Shown in pieces: positions 50,670 through 60,307 of a stretch of 64,000 nt of DNA; the stretch's first letter is position 1; each line of letters begins with the position of its first letter. Origin of the DNA: an uncultured Anaerolineaceae bacterium (GTDB lineage Bacteria > Chloroflexota > Anaerolineae > Anaerolineales > UBA4823); contig CAYGZL010000116.1 in assembly GCA_964354345.1 (NCBI GenBank), forward strand, positions 214 through 64,213, written 5' to 3'. A program made the translations under genes and the position numbers. The notes under the pieces were generated by a model that was not told the origin of the DNA, searched no databases, and saw only the letters and a program-made list of their open reading frames with translations.

Positions 50670-52262
50670 GTGGATATGGATCGAGTCGGCTGGCGCGCGC
50701 GTTTTCTGCTGAAGCTTGGCGCAGGATTGCAACGCCTGGGTTTAGCTTTAACCGCGCGCGCCTCCCGTATACAGCCACCACCAACAGCCGGGGCTAGTTC
50801 CGGCAAAGGTAACACCCACCCTCCTGAAGACAAGTCAGGGAAGACAGATGGTCCACCAGCACATTGGTTGGCACGTCTGAAACAAGCCAACGTGCCTCTC
50901 CAATGGATCGAACGCACATCGAGACCGGCGCGAACCGACCGGTCAGTTGGGCAAGCCCGGTATGGTAGAGAAAACCTGAACCCATCGTTGTCTGCCAGTG
51001 AGTCAGGCCCGCAGCAACCACCAGCCTATCGAGTCGCTCCAACGGTGCGTTCCACCGTGCAGCCTGCGGGATCTCCACCAGCCAGATCGACCGAGCCGCC
51101 ACCCATGCAATCAAGTGCGCCAAAAATACGTCGCGCCAGCCCTGACTGGCAACCAGTGCGTTTGACACCCCGCAAACGATCCTCAACTGGCTCTGCCAAT
51201 CAGGCTCCAGGCGCTTCGCCCCTGCCTGATCGAACAGACTACGGAGTTGTACAACCGGCTAATTTTTCCCCCCGACTACCTGCCGGGGCGAAGTCATCAG
51301 AACCGCGGTTTACGATGAAACAATCCTCGGAACCACCCGAGGCTGCTCCATTATCCAATCCGTCTGGCAGAAAACGGCGGCTGGCGACCAAATTGCATCA
51401 GTTCTGGCGGAACTTCCGTAAAACTCATTCTTACGCCAGCACCCACTGGTCAGCCAAGGCAGCAATCTCACCCACCAGGTTGCCTACCCTTTCACGAGCA
51501 GAGGAACATACTATTCCAGCAAGCTCTGCGCGACGACCGCAGCCAGAGCCAACACCGGTAGTAATCAGGCATAAGCATTCTGAAATAGATGTGGGATTAA
51601 CGCCACAGATAGGGGAGAACCATCCTGTAGTAGCTCAACATCTCGCCCAACCGGTGCGGGAGAATCCTCCCGTAGTAGCTGATGGTTTCGATGCACAGTT
51701 GCGAGAGAACTCACATGGATTAACTGAGGGGCTTATCCCACAGGCGCCGGTTATAACTCCGAAACCAGGCAGCCACCCAGGCTGGCCATCCCCGACAAGC
51801 AATGTAAATCGCTCTCCGAACCTGACTCTGCCTGAGCGGCCGAGTCGTCCTGTGGAACAGCCACCGATGGAGACAGGCAGCTCTCAACCGCTTGAACCGG
51901 TTCTGCCCGAGTTCTCTCCCTCCCCTCCGCGTTCCGCCCAAATAACCGTACCGGATTGGCCAGGTCAGCCAAAATCAAGTGAGGCGACTGTCGCTCCTCA
52001 TCCAGATTGGTCGCCCAATCACTCAATGCGACCCAAGCTCATGCCATCCGACCAACCAACGCATGCGAGCCAATTGCCAATCACACCCGAACCCGCGCAA
52101 TCCTTCTCACCAGAGGGACCATGCGACGCCTGGCCGGAACTGTTAGAGACATCCGTTGGATCAGAGCTAACTGAAACATGGTCTGAACCTTTTAATGAAC
52201 GACGCAAACAACACCTGGTGCAGGAACAGCAAGGTCGAAGACCAGAAGAGGTGGAGGGTTAG
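50670..52262 (+). CDS. Pro/Ser-rich, probably disordered CIS-associated protein
   Basis: Fills the gap between tube and tube initiator in the same orientation; PPAHWL near the N-terminus and WPEL near the C-terminus; start codon uncertain. Confidence 0.6.
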   Translation: MDMDRVGWRARFLLKLGAGLQRLGLALTARASRIQPPPTAGASSGKGNTHPPEDKSGKTDGPPAHWLARLKQANVPLQWIERTSRPARTDRSVGQARYGRENLNPSLSASESGPQQPPAYRVAPTVRSTVQPAGSPPARSTEPPPMQSSAPKIRRASPDWQPVRLTPRKRSSTGSANQAPGASPLPDRTDYGVVQPANFSPRLPAGAKSSEPRFTMKQSSEPPEAAPLSNPSGRKRRLATKLHQFWRNFRKTHSYASTHWSAKAAISPTRLPTLSRAEEHTIPASSARRPQPEPTPVVIRHKHSEIDVGLTPQIGENHPVVAQHLAQPVRENPPVVADGFDAQLRENSHGLTEGLIPQAPVITPKPGSHPGWPSPTSNVNRSPNLTLPERPSRPVEQPPMETGSSQPLEPVLPEFSPSPPRSAQITVPDWPGQPKSSEATVAPHPDWSPNHSMRPKLMPSDQPTHASQLPITPEPAQSFSPEGPCDAWPELLETSVGSELTETWSEPFNERRKQHLVQEQQGRRPEEVEG

Positions 52263-52267
52263 AAAAT

Positions 52268-53041
52268 ATGGAACGTGTAGCTTTCTTGATCGAAGAAACA
52301 GGTGAAAGAATTGGTTGTATGCTCAATCCTGAAGGGCTGGTCGTCCGCCGGGTAGCCGGTGTGCGTAGAGCAATTTCTATTAACGGGCAGTTAAGCGGGA
52401 GCGGGATGAATGATGATCCATTGTTATACACCGGCGGTGGATATACCGAGGTACAACTCGATTTGCTGTTCGATGTAACCCTGGCTGGTTCCTCGATTCA
52501 AACCGAAGATGTGCGAGACCTGACTGGTCCTCTCTGGCGTCTGGCAGAAAATGCACGGAAAGATTCGGGGTACGGTCGCCCGCCACTGGCACGCTTTGTC
52601 TGGGGGAAGGCATGGAATGTGTTGGGTATTGTCACCTCCGTAGCTGAACGGTTTGATCGCTTCACTTCATCTGGAGAACCCCAACGTTCCTGGTTAAGGA
52701 TGCGCTTTGTACGAGTCGATGAACCAGAAACAGATCTCACTGAAGAGGCTGCCATGCGGGGGGAGTCCTCTCGATCCTCCAAGGCATTGGCGACGGCGCT
52801 TGAATCGCTCCCAGAGGAGGTTCCGCTGGAAGAGGCGGAAAATCCCGAGGTCGACGCTCACGAACTTCATGGAGACGGCATCCAGGGGGAAAATTTACCA
52901 GAATTATCCTACCGGTACTATGGCGATCCAACTTTATGGCGTTGGCTGGCCTGGTTTAACCGGGTTATCCATCCCTTGAAGATGGCAATCGGGAGTGTGT
53001 TGCGCATTCCGCCATTACAATTGCTAAGAAAAAGGCTATGA
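52268..53041 (+). CDS. CIS tube-initiator (Afp7-like) with LysM-like C-terminal domain
   Basis: LNPE, LDLLFD, PPLARFVWG, FTSSGEPQR; C-terminal LSYRYYGDPTLWRWLAWFN...GSVLRIP. Confidence 0.85.
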   Translation: MERVAFLIEETGERIGCMLNPEGLVVRRVAGVRRAISINGQLSGSGMNDDPLLYTGGGYTEVQLDLLFDVTLAGSSIQTEDVRDLTGPLWRLAENARKDSGYGRPPLARFVWGKAWNVLGIVTSVAERFDRFTSSGEPQRSWLRMRFVRVDEPETDLTEEAAMRGESSRSSKALATALESLPEEVPLEEAENPEVDAHELHGDGIQGENLPELSYRYYGDPTLWRWLAWFNRVIHPLKMAIGSVLRIPPLQLLRKRL

Positions 53042-54570
53042 CTCCTGTAAATACCCTGCCACAACTATCTCTTGAATTAAACGATTTGCCAGTCCCGGTG
53101 AATTTCTACCGCCCCTTAACCGGTGTCTATGTCCGGCAGGCATTAAACGCGCCGGCACAATGTGAACTGGTTTTCAGTGATCCACCCGGTTCCTCCGAAG
53201 AAATGGATCAGATTGCTCAACAACTCAGTCCCGGGACACATTTTCGCCTTAAGCTGGTGGGTATTGATATCCCCCTTTTCATCGGCCAGGTGACAGGCAA
53301 CGAGTATACCTATCGCCCGGACTCCACTCGAGAAATACGCATCCGTGCTTACGATTTGCTCCACAGCCTGCGCAAACGCCAACAAGTTCGCGCTCACGTT
53401 CAGGTGACACCAGTCGAGTTGGCCACTGAAATGGTGAGTACACTTGGGTTAAGCGTCCAGGCAGCGCTAAAAGGGCCTTTATATCCGCGGGTGATCCAAC
53501 ATGCGCAATCCGACTATGACTTGTTATGCGAATTGCTGGATCGCTGTGGCTTATATTTCACTCTCCGCGATGATGTATTACACCTGTTGACCCTGGAAGG
53601 TTTAGACGACCAGGTTGATTTACGCCTGGGTGAAACGCTTCTGGAAGCGCGCCTGGAAATTAACACCGAAACTGCCAGCAGTTCAATCCGTGCCCAAGGT
53701 TGGGATCCTTTAGGCGTTGAACCATTCGAAGGTCAGAAAAATCAACCCCGCTCCGGTCGGAGTGTGGAAGCGGCGGTTGATGCACAATCAGTTGGCGGCG
53801 ATGGTGAACGCTGGCTGGTCGGGGAGGATGCGGTTAATTTCGATCATATCGAAGCCCTGGCCCAGGCAGAATTAGATCGTCGTGCGGGAAACGAGGTGAC
53901 CATGTGGGGGGTCGCCCAAGGTAACCCGTCTCTTCGACCTGGGACGCGGATCGAAATCGCAGGGGTAAATCAATCCTTCTCAGGCAAGTATGTTTTGACC
54001 AAGGTCACCCATACTATTGACACGCGATCCGGCTATATCACCCAGATTTCCAGCCAACCACCAGGCGGCCTCCGCCATTCCCAAAGCGCGATTGCAGCAT
54101 TGGGAGTGGTAACTCGAGTGGATGATCCTGAAAAATTCGGCCGGGTAAAAGCCTCATTGCCGGCCTATAACAACGTGGAAACCGAATGGATGCAGGTCAT
54201 TCACCCGGCAGCCGGAGTCAACAAAGGTCTGGTGGCACTGCCAGGGGTGGAGGATACCATATTGATTTTATTCACCCATGCGGATCCAGCGCGCGGCGTG
54301 GTGTTAGGTGGTTTTTACGGACCATTTGCTCCTTATGATCCGGGAGTGGACGGGAATGCTGTCAAACGATACTCGCTGCGCACCCCTCAGGGGCATCTGA
54401 TCCGCCTGGATGACGAGAAGCAAGTACTGCGCTTTGAACACAGTCGCGGAAGCTATGTCGAGATGACGCCCGATAAGGTCACCGTTTATGCGGCTGCCGA
54501 TCTTGAAATCAGCGCCCCTGGAAAACAGATCGTCATCCAGGGTGCAGCTATTGACTTTCGTAAGGCTTAA
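53038..54570 (+). CDS. VgrG-like spike (gp27 hub plus gp5/gpV OB-fold, Afp8-like)
   Basis: QSDYDLL, GNPSLRPG, SGKYVLTKVTH, GVVTRVDDPEKFGRVK, LPGVED, VVLGGFY, GHLIRLDD. Confidence 0.92.
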   Translation: MTPVNTLPQLSLELNDLPVPVNFYRPLTGVYVRQALNAPAQCELVFSDPPGSSEEMDQIAQQLSPGTHFRLKLVGIDIPLFIGQVTGNEYTYRPDSTREIRIRAYDLLHSLRKRQQVRAHVQVTPVELATEMVSTLGLSVQAALKGPLYPRVIQHAQSDYDLLCELLDRCGLYFTLRDDVLHLLTLEGLDDQVDLRLGETLLEARLEINTETASSSIRAQGWDPLGVEPFEGQKNQPRSGRSVEAAVDAQSVGGDGERWLVGEDAVNFDHIEALAQAELDRRAGNEVTMWGVAQGNPSLRPGTRIEIAGVNQSFSGKYVLTKVTHTIDTRSGYITQISSQPPGGLRHSQSAIAALGVVTRVDDPEKFGRVKASLPAYNNVETEWMQVIHPAAGVNKGLVALPGVEDTILILFTHADPARGVVLGGFYGPFAPYDPGVDGNAVKRYSLRTPQGHLIRLDDEKQVLRFEHSRGSYVEMTPDKVTVYAAADLEISAPGKQIVIQGAAIDFRKA

Positions 54571-54573
54571 AAG

Positions 54574-54909
54574 ATGAAGTGGCTCACCGAGGATGCCAGG
54601 CTCGTTTGTGCTCACCGGGGAGTGGTACAAAACCACCCAACCCAAAATCTGGTGACAATAGAAGGCCGGCGGGTGTTGGTGGACAACAATCCTGAAGGAC
54701 GAACCATTGGTGGTTGTCCGCAACCCGTGCCAGCCAGTAAGCCCTGTACTTTAACCTATAAAGTGGTTGAGGGTTATTCCGAGCTGCTCCGCATCGACAG
54801 CCAACGAGTGTGTCTGGATACGGTGCGGGGGAAGACTGATGGCCTACCCGCCGGCGCATTCGATTATTATGTCGACCAGCCAGGACAGGGTTTGGTGGAG
54901 GAATCATGA
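54574..54909 (+). CDS. PAAR-like/DUF4280 spike tip protein
   Basis: 111 aa after the spike gene; LVCAHRG, GCP, KPC and IDSQRVCL Cys/His pattern. Confidence 0.72.
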   Translation: MKWLTEDARLVCAHRGVVQNHPTQNLVTIEGRRVLVDNNPEGRTIGGCPQPVPASKPCTLTYKVVEGYSELLRIDSQRVCLDTVRGKTDGLPAGAFDYYVDQPGQGLVEES

Positions 54910-55337
54910 AAAATCCACGCTACCGCGCCTGGAAGTTTATCCATCCAGATCTGGATATCAGCCAGGGACAACCCGGGTTGAGTCTCTCACCACTCGGTGG
55001 GATCGCGATGGTGGAAGAGGCTGAGTCTGTGAGACAAGCTATCTTTCTCCTGCTTTCTACGCGTCCTGGGGAACGGGTGATGCGGCCAACTTATGGTTGT
55101 GAACTTTACAGCTTAATCTTCTCGCCCAACGATGATACCACCGCCGGTCTGGCGATTCATTTCGTCCGGCGCGCCCTGGAGCGCTGGGAACCGCGCATCC
55201 AAATCCTGCGCCTGGATGCAGAACAGAATCCAGAGAATCCAGAGTTATTAGATATCTTCCTGGAATACCGGCTGCGCGCCACGCAGCGCCAGGAACAAAT
55301 TCAATTCTCATTCCGCTTGAGCGGAGGGAGGTCGTGA
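54906..55337 (+). CDS. gp25/GpW baseplate sheath initiator (Afp9-like)
   Basis: SVRQAI, LSTRPGERVMRPTYGC, ALERWEPRI. Confidence 0.95.
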   Translation: MKNPRYRAWKFIHPDLDISQGQPGLSLSPLGGIAMVEEAESVRQAIFLLLSTRPGERVMRPTYGCELYSLIFSPNDDTTAGLAIHFVRRALERWEPRIQILRLDAEQNPENPELLDIFLEYRLRATQRQEQIQFSFRLSGGRS

Positions 55338-57946
55338 TGGCGGCTAACGATTTTAAGTCTCCCAGGCTGGACGACCGAACCTTCGACCAGTTACTGGCAG
55401 ATGCCCGGCGTATTATCCAGGAAAAAGGAACGAATTGGAACGATCTGTCCGCCAACGATCCAGGTATCGTGCTGTTGGAATTGTTCGCTTACCTGACCGA
55501 AGTAATGCTCTACCGGCTAAACCGGCTACCCGAAAAGGCCTATGTGGAATTCTTGCGTCTACTTGGGGTTACCATCCAACCCTCCTCAGCAGCCGCAGCC
55601 AACCTGACCTTTTACGTTGATCAGCCAGCAGCTAAAATAATCGAAATTCCTCTCGGAACGCGGGTCACTGTCGAACGCAGCGGTGGGGGCGGCCAGGAAC
55701 CACCTGTATTCGTCACGCTGCAGGATGGTGTTATTAAAGCTGGTCAGACGGATGTGACCTTGCTGGCGCGTAACTGTGATCAGGTAGATGGGGAGCTGGT
55801 TAAAAAAGGCACCGGGCAACCTGGTCAGGTGGTGCGCGTAATGCGCCCCCCGATTATTGCCGATACTGGTGATCGGACAGACCTGATCGTTACAACGGAA
55901 GCGCATGTCGATGAACTGAATGAACGGATTGAAGCGCGTGAATATCTCGGTAAAACATATCGGGTCTGGCGCCGGGTTGAAAATTTCACCAGCCTGGGCG
56001 ATGACCGTTTTACCTACATGGTCGATCGTAATAGTGGCCTGATCCAGTTTGCCCCTGCCGTAGACCTGGGAGAAGGGGCACAGCTATTGGCTGAAGCGCC
56101 TGGTCTGGATCGCGAGATTCGCGTTTGGTATCGCCGGGGGGGAGGTTCGCAAGGGAACCTGGCTGAAAATACACTTACGGTGATGAAAGATCCGATCAAA
56201 GGAGTCAAAGTCACCAATCACCAGCGCGCCACGGGAGGCAAAGCCGCTGAAACCCTGGAAAATGCACTGCTGCGGGGACCGCTCGAGTTACATTCACTCC
56301 AACGTGCCGTGACTGCTAAAGATTTCGAGCTTATTGCTCGCAAATTCAGTTCACGCGCGGTTGTACGCGCCAAAGCCTTTACCCGGCGGGATTTGTGGAA
56401 ACACGCCCAACCTGGGCAGGTCGAAGTCATGTTGGTGCCAGATATTCCTGTGGAAGAGCGAAATAACGTTACCATCGAATTGCTAACCGCCCACCAGAAC
56501 GAAGCCGTCCGTACGCAAATCCAGAAAGCGCTGGACGAGCGACGTCCCCTCGGCACCACCTGTCAGGTCAGTTGGACACGCTACAAACCGATGAAAGTCC
56601 GCACGCGGATTGTCGTACAGCGTGAAGAAGATAAAGACGCTATTCAACGACGCATCACCCAACGTCTTAACCAGACAATCACACCCATTCCGACAGATTT
56701 CAACTCGACTGGTTGGCCCTTCGGTCAGGCTTTACGCGCCTCGAATGTCTATGATATCGCTCTTGCTGAACCTGGTGTTCGTTGGGTTGATACCGTCCGG
56801 TTGGTGGTTGAGGAAGCTCCCAACAAGGATGTTGGAGTGATCGCAATTGACCATAGCCAACCGAAAACCTGGTATGCGAGCAGTGGGTCCGTCTTATTCC
56901 GCTCGCTCAACCACGGTGACGGTTGGGAAGCCATCCAAAAGTTCCCTGGAAAAATTCTATCCATCCAATCCCACCCTCAGGTGCCGGGCTTACTTGCTTT
57001 GGCGTGTCAACAAGCTGATGGTACAGGAACTGGCTTATTTTTCTCGGCAGATTGCGGCGAAACCTGGCCAACGAATCCTGATTTCGCTCCCGAGTTCACT
57101 ATCTGCGGGACCGCCTGGACTATGCGCGAAGGTGTGCCAATCCTTCACCTGGCGACCGATGTTGGATTGTATGAAGTTGCCCGTCAACCGGGTGCCACAC
57201 CCATTCCAATCCGGTTGAATACCGACACCGATGTTCCCAAGAGTTTTTATGCGGTAACTTCCTTTACTGACATTCAGGGCATTGTCTATGTCGCCCTGGC
57301 CGCGCAAGGTCAGAAAGGCGTTTATCTGTCTCGGCGAGGTGGATTGCGCGACTCCTTTAGCCGTTTGAAAACCGGCGCATTGCCTGCCAATGAGGATATT
57401 CGCGTTCTGGGCGTGCAAGCCATCGGATCACAATCCTTCCTATGGGCTGGCTCAACCGTGACGGACAGTGGCGTAGGAAATGGCGGCTATCGCTGGCAAC
57501 TGCGCGGGATGGAAGATCCTCCGGAAGGATGGATATCCTTCAAGACGGGTTGGCAGGCGGGTAGTTGTAAAGGATTGGCGTTTCATGGCGTTGAAGTTTT
57601 CGCCGCCTCGCATCGCCTGGGTGTGCTGCGCATCGCCGATGGCACCGTAGCCGGGGGACAGTGGGAAGCGCCCCAGATTACCTGTGGTCTACCCCTGCGG
57701 GAGACAACCACCCAAAAGCTCTTCCATCCGGTAGACACTGTTGCAGCGACTGCTGATCCTGAAAGATTGCTGGTGTTGGCTGGTGGTATTGAAGGCGTGT
57801 ATTCAACGGACGATGAAGGGAAGAGTTGGAGCGAATCCTCTCAAACAGAATTCATTGAGAAAGTCACGTTGCCCGAGACCAGCCTGTTCGTCTCCAAGGA
57901 TCATGAGGTGACCATCGTCAGGGAGGGCGAAGATGAAACAGGCTGA
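55334..57946 (+). CDS. Baseplate J/gp6-like wedge (Afp11-like) fused to a C-terminal Asp-box beta-propeller
   Basis: PRLDDRTFDQL, DPGIVLLELFAY, YRLNRLP, GTGQPGQ, YRRGGGSQGN, ATGG, RAVTAKDFE, GWPFG; after about aa 495 the motifs SLNHGDGW, SADCGETW and STDDEGKSW. Confidence 0.9.
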   Translation: MMAANDFKSPRLDDRTFDQLLADARRIIQEKGTNWNDLSANDPGIVLLELFAYLTEVMLYRLNRLPEKAYVEFLRLLGVTIQPSSAAAANLTFYVDQPAAKIIEIPLGTRVTVERSGGGGQEPPVFVTLQDGVIKAGQTDVTLLARNCDQVDGELVKKGTGQPGQVVRVMRPPIIADTGDRTDLIVTTEAHVDELNERIEAREYLGKTYRVWRRVENFTSLGDDRFTYMVDRNSGLIQFAPAVDLGEGAQLLAEAPGLDREIRVWYRRGGGSQGNLAENTLTVMKDPIKGVKVTNHQRATGGKAAETLENALLRGPLELHSLQRAVTAKDFELIARKFSSRAVVRAKAFTRRDLWKHAQPGQVEVMLVPDIPVEERNNVTIELLTAHQNEAVRTQIQKALDERRPLGTTCQVSWTRYKPMKVRTRIVVQREEDKDAIQRRITQRLNQTITPIPTDFNSTGWPFGQALRASNVYDIALAEPGVRWVDTVRLVVEEAPNKDVGVIAIDHSQPKTWYASSGSVLFRSLNHGDGWEAIQKFPGKILSIQSHPQVPGLLALACQQADGTGTGLFFSADCGETWPTNPDFAPEFTICGTAWTMREGVPILHLATDVGLYEVARQPGATPIPIRLNTDTDVPKSFYAVTSFTDIQGIVYVALAAQGQKGVYLSRRGGLRDSFSRLKTGALPANEDIRVLGVQAIGSQSFLWAGSTVTDSGVGNGGYRWQLRGMEDPPEGWISFKTGWQAGSCKGLAFHGVEVFAASHRLGVLRIADGTVAGGQWEAPQITCGLPLRETTTQKLFHPVDTVAATADPERLLVLAGGIEGVYSTDDEGKSWSESSQTEFIEKVTLPETSLFVSKDHEVTIVREGEDETG

Positions 57947-58499
57947 GATCGCACTCTTGTTGCCAGAAATATTTCAGCGAACAGTCGCGGGGACTCGCGA
58001 TGGGAAAGCTTCACCGATTGATTTCCTGTTGGCAGTCATGGATGCGCTACACGCACCCAGTGAAGCAATCCTGGAAAACCTGGATCGATACTTCAATCCA
58101 TATCAGGCGGATGATAATTTTGTCCCATTTTTGGCGACATGGGTCGATCTGACAGAACTACTCCGCGAGACGCCTGCCGTATTTCAGGGACAGGCAGACC
58201 AGGGCATGTGCTCAGCACCCCTGGCGACTGGCATGGGGCGGCTGCGCGAATTGGTCGCGGCCGCGGCATATCTATCCCAATGGCGAGGCACCGAGAAGGG
58301 TTTACGCCGGTTTCTTGAAACCGCCACCGGTGTAAGCGGTTTCATAATAAAGGAGCAAATTATCGAGAATGGCCAGGAAAAACCTTACCACTTACAAATC
58401 GAAGCTCCCAAGAGCACGGAGCAATTTCGCCCCCTGCTCGAGAAGATCATTGATTTAGAAAAACCCGCCTATGTTACCTACCAGTTGGAATTTGTTTGA
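57933..58499 (+). CDS. Phage tail protein I/gp7-like baseplate component (Afp12 position)
   Basis: LLPEIFQ, LDRYFNP, FVPFLATWV, WRGTEKGLRRFLETATG, IIDLEKPAYV. Confidence 0.85.
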   Translation: MKQAEIALLLPEIFQRTVAGTRDGKASPIDFLLAVMDALHAPSEAILENLDRYFNPYQADDNFVPFLATWVDLTELLRETPAVFQGQADQGMCSAPLATGMGRLRELVAAAAYLSQWRGTEKGLRRFLETATGVSGFIIKEQIIENGQEKPYHLQIEAPKSTEQFRPLLEKIIDLEKPAYVTYQLEFV

Positions 58500-58558
58500 G
58501 TCCAGTTTTATGAACACTCGTATGAGGTTTACCCCACCATGTCAAAGGAGAAAATATT

Positions 58559-58852
58559 ATGGACACCATCCACAGTATCATTAACATCCTGGGATTCATT
58601 TGCGGCCTGGGGGCTGGTATTTTACTGATTGTCCTGGGTATAATTAACAAAAGCGCTGCCGCAATCGCGTTTGGCGTCTGGGCATTAATCAGCGTACCCC
58701 TGGCCTGGTTTAGCGGAGCCAAGGCCGAGCCAAGCGAAAATCCATTCAAGTTGAAATTAGGCGCCAAGTTCAAATATGTACCGGATTTCGTCTGGGTGAT
58801 CATTGCTTTGTTATTCGTTGGTGCGGTGGTTATCGCGATCGTACTGCGGTAA
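58559..58852 (+). CDS. Small membrane protein (about 3 TMs), unknown function
   Basis: AAGGAG RBS; three hydrophobic segments; first gene after the baseplate genes. Confidence 0.7.
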   Translation: MDTIHSIINILGFICGLGAGILLIVLGIINKSAAAIAFGVWALISVPLAWFSGAKAEPSENPFKLKLGAKFKYVPDFVWVIIALLFVGAVVIAIVLR

Positions 58853-58915
58853 TTCTTATTTCCTGGATCCGAATCAGACCTATCGTCAAGGAAAAGGATA
58901 GTATTTGCTATCAAC

Positions 58916-60238
58916 ATGACCAGCCAATTTAACCTCACCGTCGAAAGCAACACCGTCGCGATCAACTCGCAAGGGTCAGGGAAAATCACCTTTACCGCTT
59001 TCAATGCCAGTGGGAGAACTGCGCGCGGGCGCGCGAATATGCAGACAGTTCCTGAAGGACAGCCCCACCTGGCCTGGTTAACCATCTCCGGCGATGCCGA
59101 AAGAGAGTTTCCCATCGCCGGAGTGGACCAGTTCCTTGTCCAGGTTAATGCACCAAAAAATGCTGCGGTAGGGCAGTATACCTTCCGTTTGAACCTGGTG
59201 GAGGTCGCCAATCCAGATGAGACTTTTTCGGAGGGACCAACCGTCAGCTTCAAGATTAGTGAACGGAAAAGGGATTTGAGTCTCTTTCCCTGGTGGATCC
59301 TGCTGGCATTATTGGCAGGGATTATCTTAATCGCGGGGATCATCTACCTGGCCACGCGCCCGCGTACGGTTGAGGTGCCAAACGTAATAGGTTTACAGGT
59401 GGACGATGCCCTATCAACACTTGAAGCCGGCTCCTTACGTCCCCGGCAGGGCGCTGAGGAATTCAGCGCCAATGTTTCGAAGGGCGCCGTGGCGCGCACC
59501 GATCCTCAGGCCAAGACGAAAGTAGACAAGGGCAGCCGCGTCGAGTGGTATCCTTCTCTTGGCGCACAACCTACTCCTACCCCAACCGCCACTCCAATGC
59601 GCCTCACAGCCACCCCTACCGCTACTCCTACACCCAACCTGCTCGCCAGTTGGACAATTTATGAGGATCGGATAGCAGCCATACGCCACCCCAAGGATTG
59701 GTTGCCGATGCCATGCCCGATGTGTGTCGGTTTCAACGACAGTGGTTCATCGTTGTTGGCTGTGGTTTCAAACAAGGATCTGTACGGCAGCCTGGAATAT
59801 TATTTCCACGGGGTTCTACCGGAGAAAGTCAATTATCAAGCAGGTGCATTTTTCATGGCTTTTGTTTTCCAGGACAACACACTGGGATTTTCATCGGCCT
59901 TTCCGACTGACTGGTTAAAGATGTTTTTAATGAATTCCCCCAGCGGTTATTTCCCCTGGCATTTCTTTATATTTGGTCCCGATGGATACGGATCTTTCGA
60001 TAATTATGTCAAGATCCAGGAAGAAAGGTCGTTAAACCTGAGCGGTTACACGGCAGCCCAGTGGCTTCTGGAAGGCGAGGATCGCCTGTCTGGTCAGACT
60101 CTTCTGATTCAGGTGACAGCGATTGTCTTTGGCTCGCGTAGTGAACGCGCCTACCTGATTGCGGCTGCTCCAGGCGATATATTCGAGAAATACCAAAGTA
60201 CATTTACCTTGCTGGTCGAGAACTTTAAGTTGAAATAG
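58916..60238 (+). CDS. Bitopic protein 1: Ig-like N-domain, TM, PASTA, Thr-Pro linker, PsbP/DcrB-like C-domain
   Basis: FPWW plus hydrophobic helix; PASTA pattern VPNVIGLQVDDALSTLE...GAVARTDPQA.TKVDKGSRV; PTPTPTATP; C-domain begins WTIYE...IRHPKDW and ends FTLLVENFKL. Confidence 0.8.
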   Translation: MTSQFNLTVESNTVAINSQGSGKITFTAFNASGRTARGRANMQTVPEGQPHLAWLTISGDAEREFPIAGVDQFLVQVNAPKNAAVGQYTFRLNLVEVANPDETFSEGPTVSFKISERKRDLSLFPWWILLALLAGIILIAGIIYLATRPRTVEVPNVIGLQVDDALSTLEAGSLRPRQGAEEFSANVSKGAVARTDPQAKTKVDKGSRVEWYPSLGAQPTPTPTATPMRLTATPTATPTPNLLASWTIYEDRIAAIRHPKDWLPMPCPMCVGFNDSGSSLLAVVSNKDLYGSLEYYFHGVLPEKVNYQAGAFFMAFVFQDNTLGFSSAFPTDWLKMFLMNSPSGYFPWHFFIFGPDGYGSFDNYVKIQEERSLNLSGYTAAQWLLEGEDRLSGQTLLIQVTAIVFGSRSERAYLIAAAPGDIFEKYQSTFTLLVENFKLK

Positions 60239-60307
60239 AGACTACAACCAGTGTCCTTTACCGGAAATGATGTAAAATAAGAACAAATCAAAAAACAGGA
60301 GGGCGCC

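Noticed and set aside
48154-58499. Prophage or prophage remnant
   Set aside because: No capsid, portal, terminase, integrase, replication or lysis genes. The DUF4255-like cap, T4-type tube, Afp7-like and VgrG/PAAR-like gene set matches CIS loci, and the reading frames are intact.
48154-58499. Canonical type VI secretion system
   Set aside because: A single-gene phage-type sheath instead of TssB/TssC, a gp19-type tube instead of Hcp, and no TssJ/L/M, TssK or ClpV.
58474-59343. 289-aa minus-strand ORF in the CIS region
   Set aside because: It is an antisense shadow over plus-strand genes that have better RBS and paralog support, and it has no recognisable motifs.
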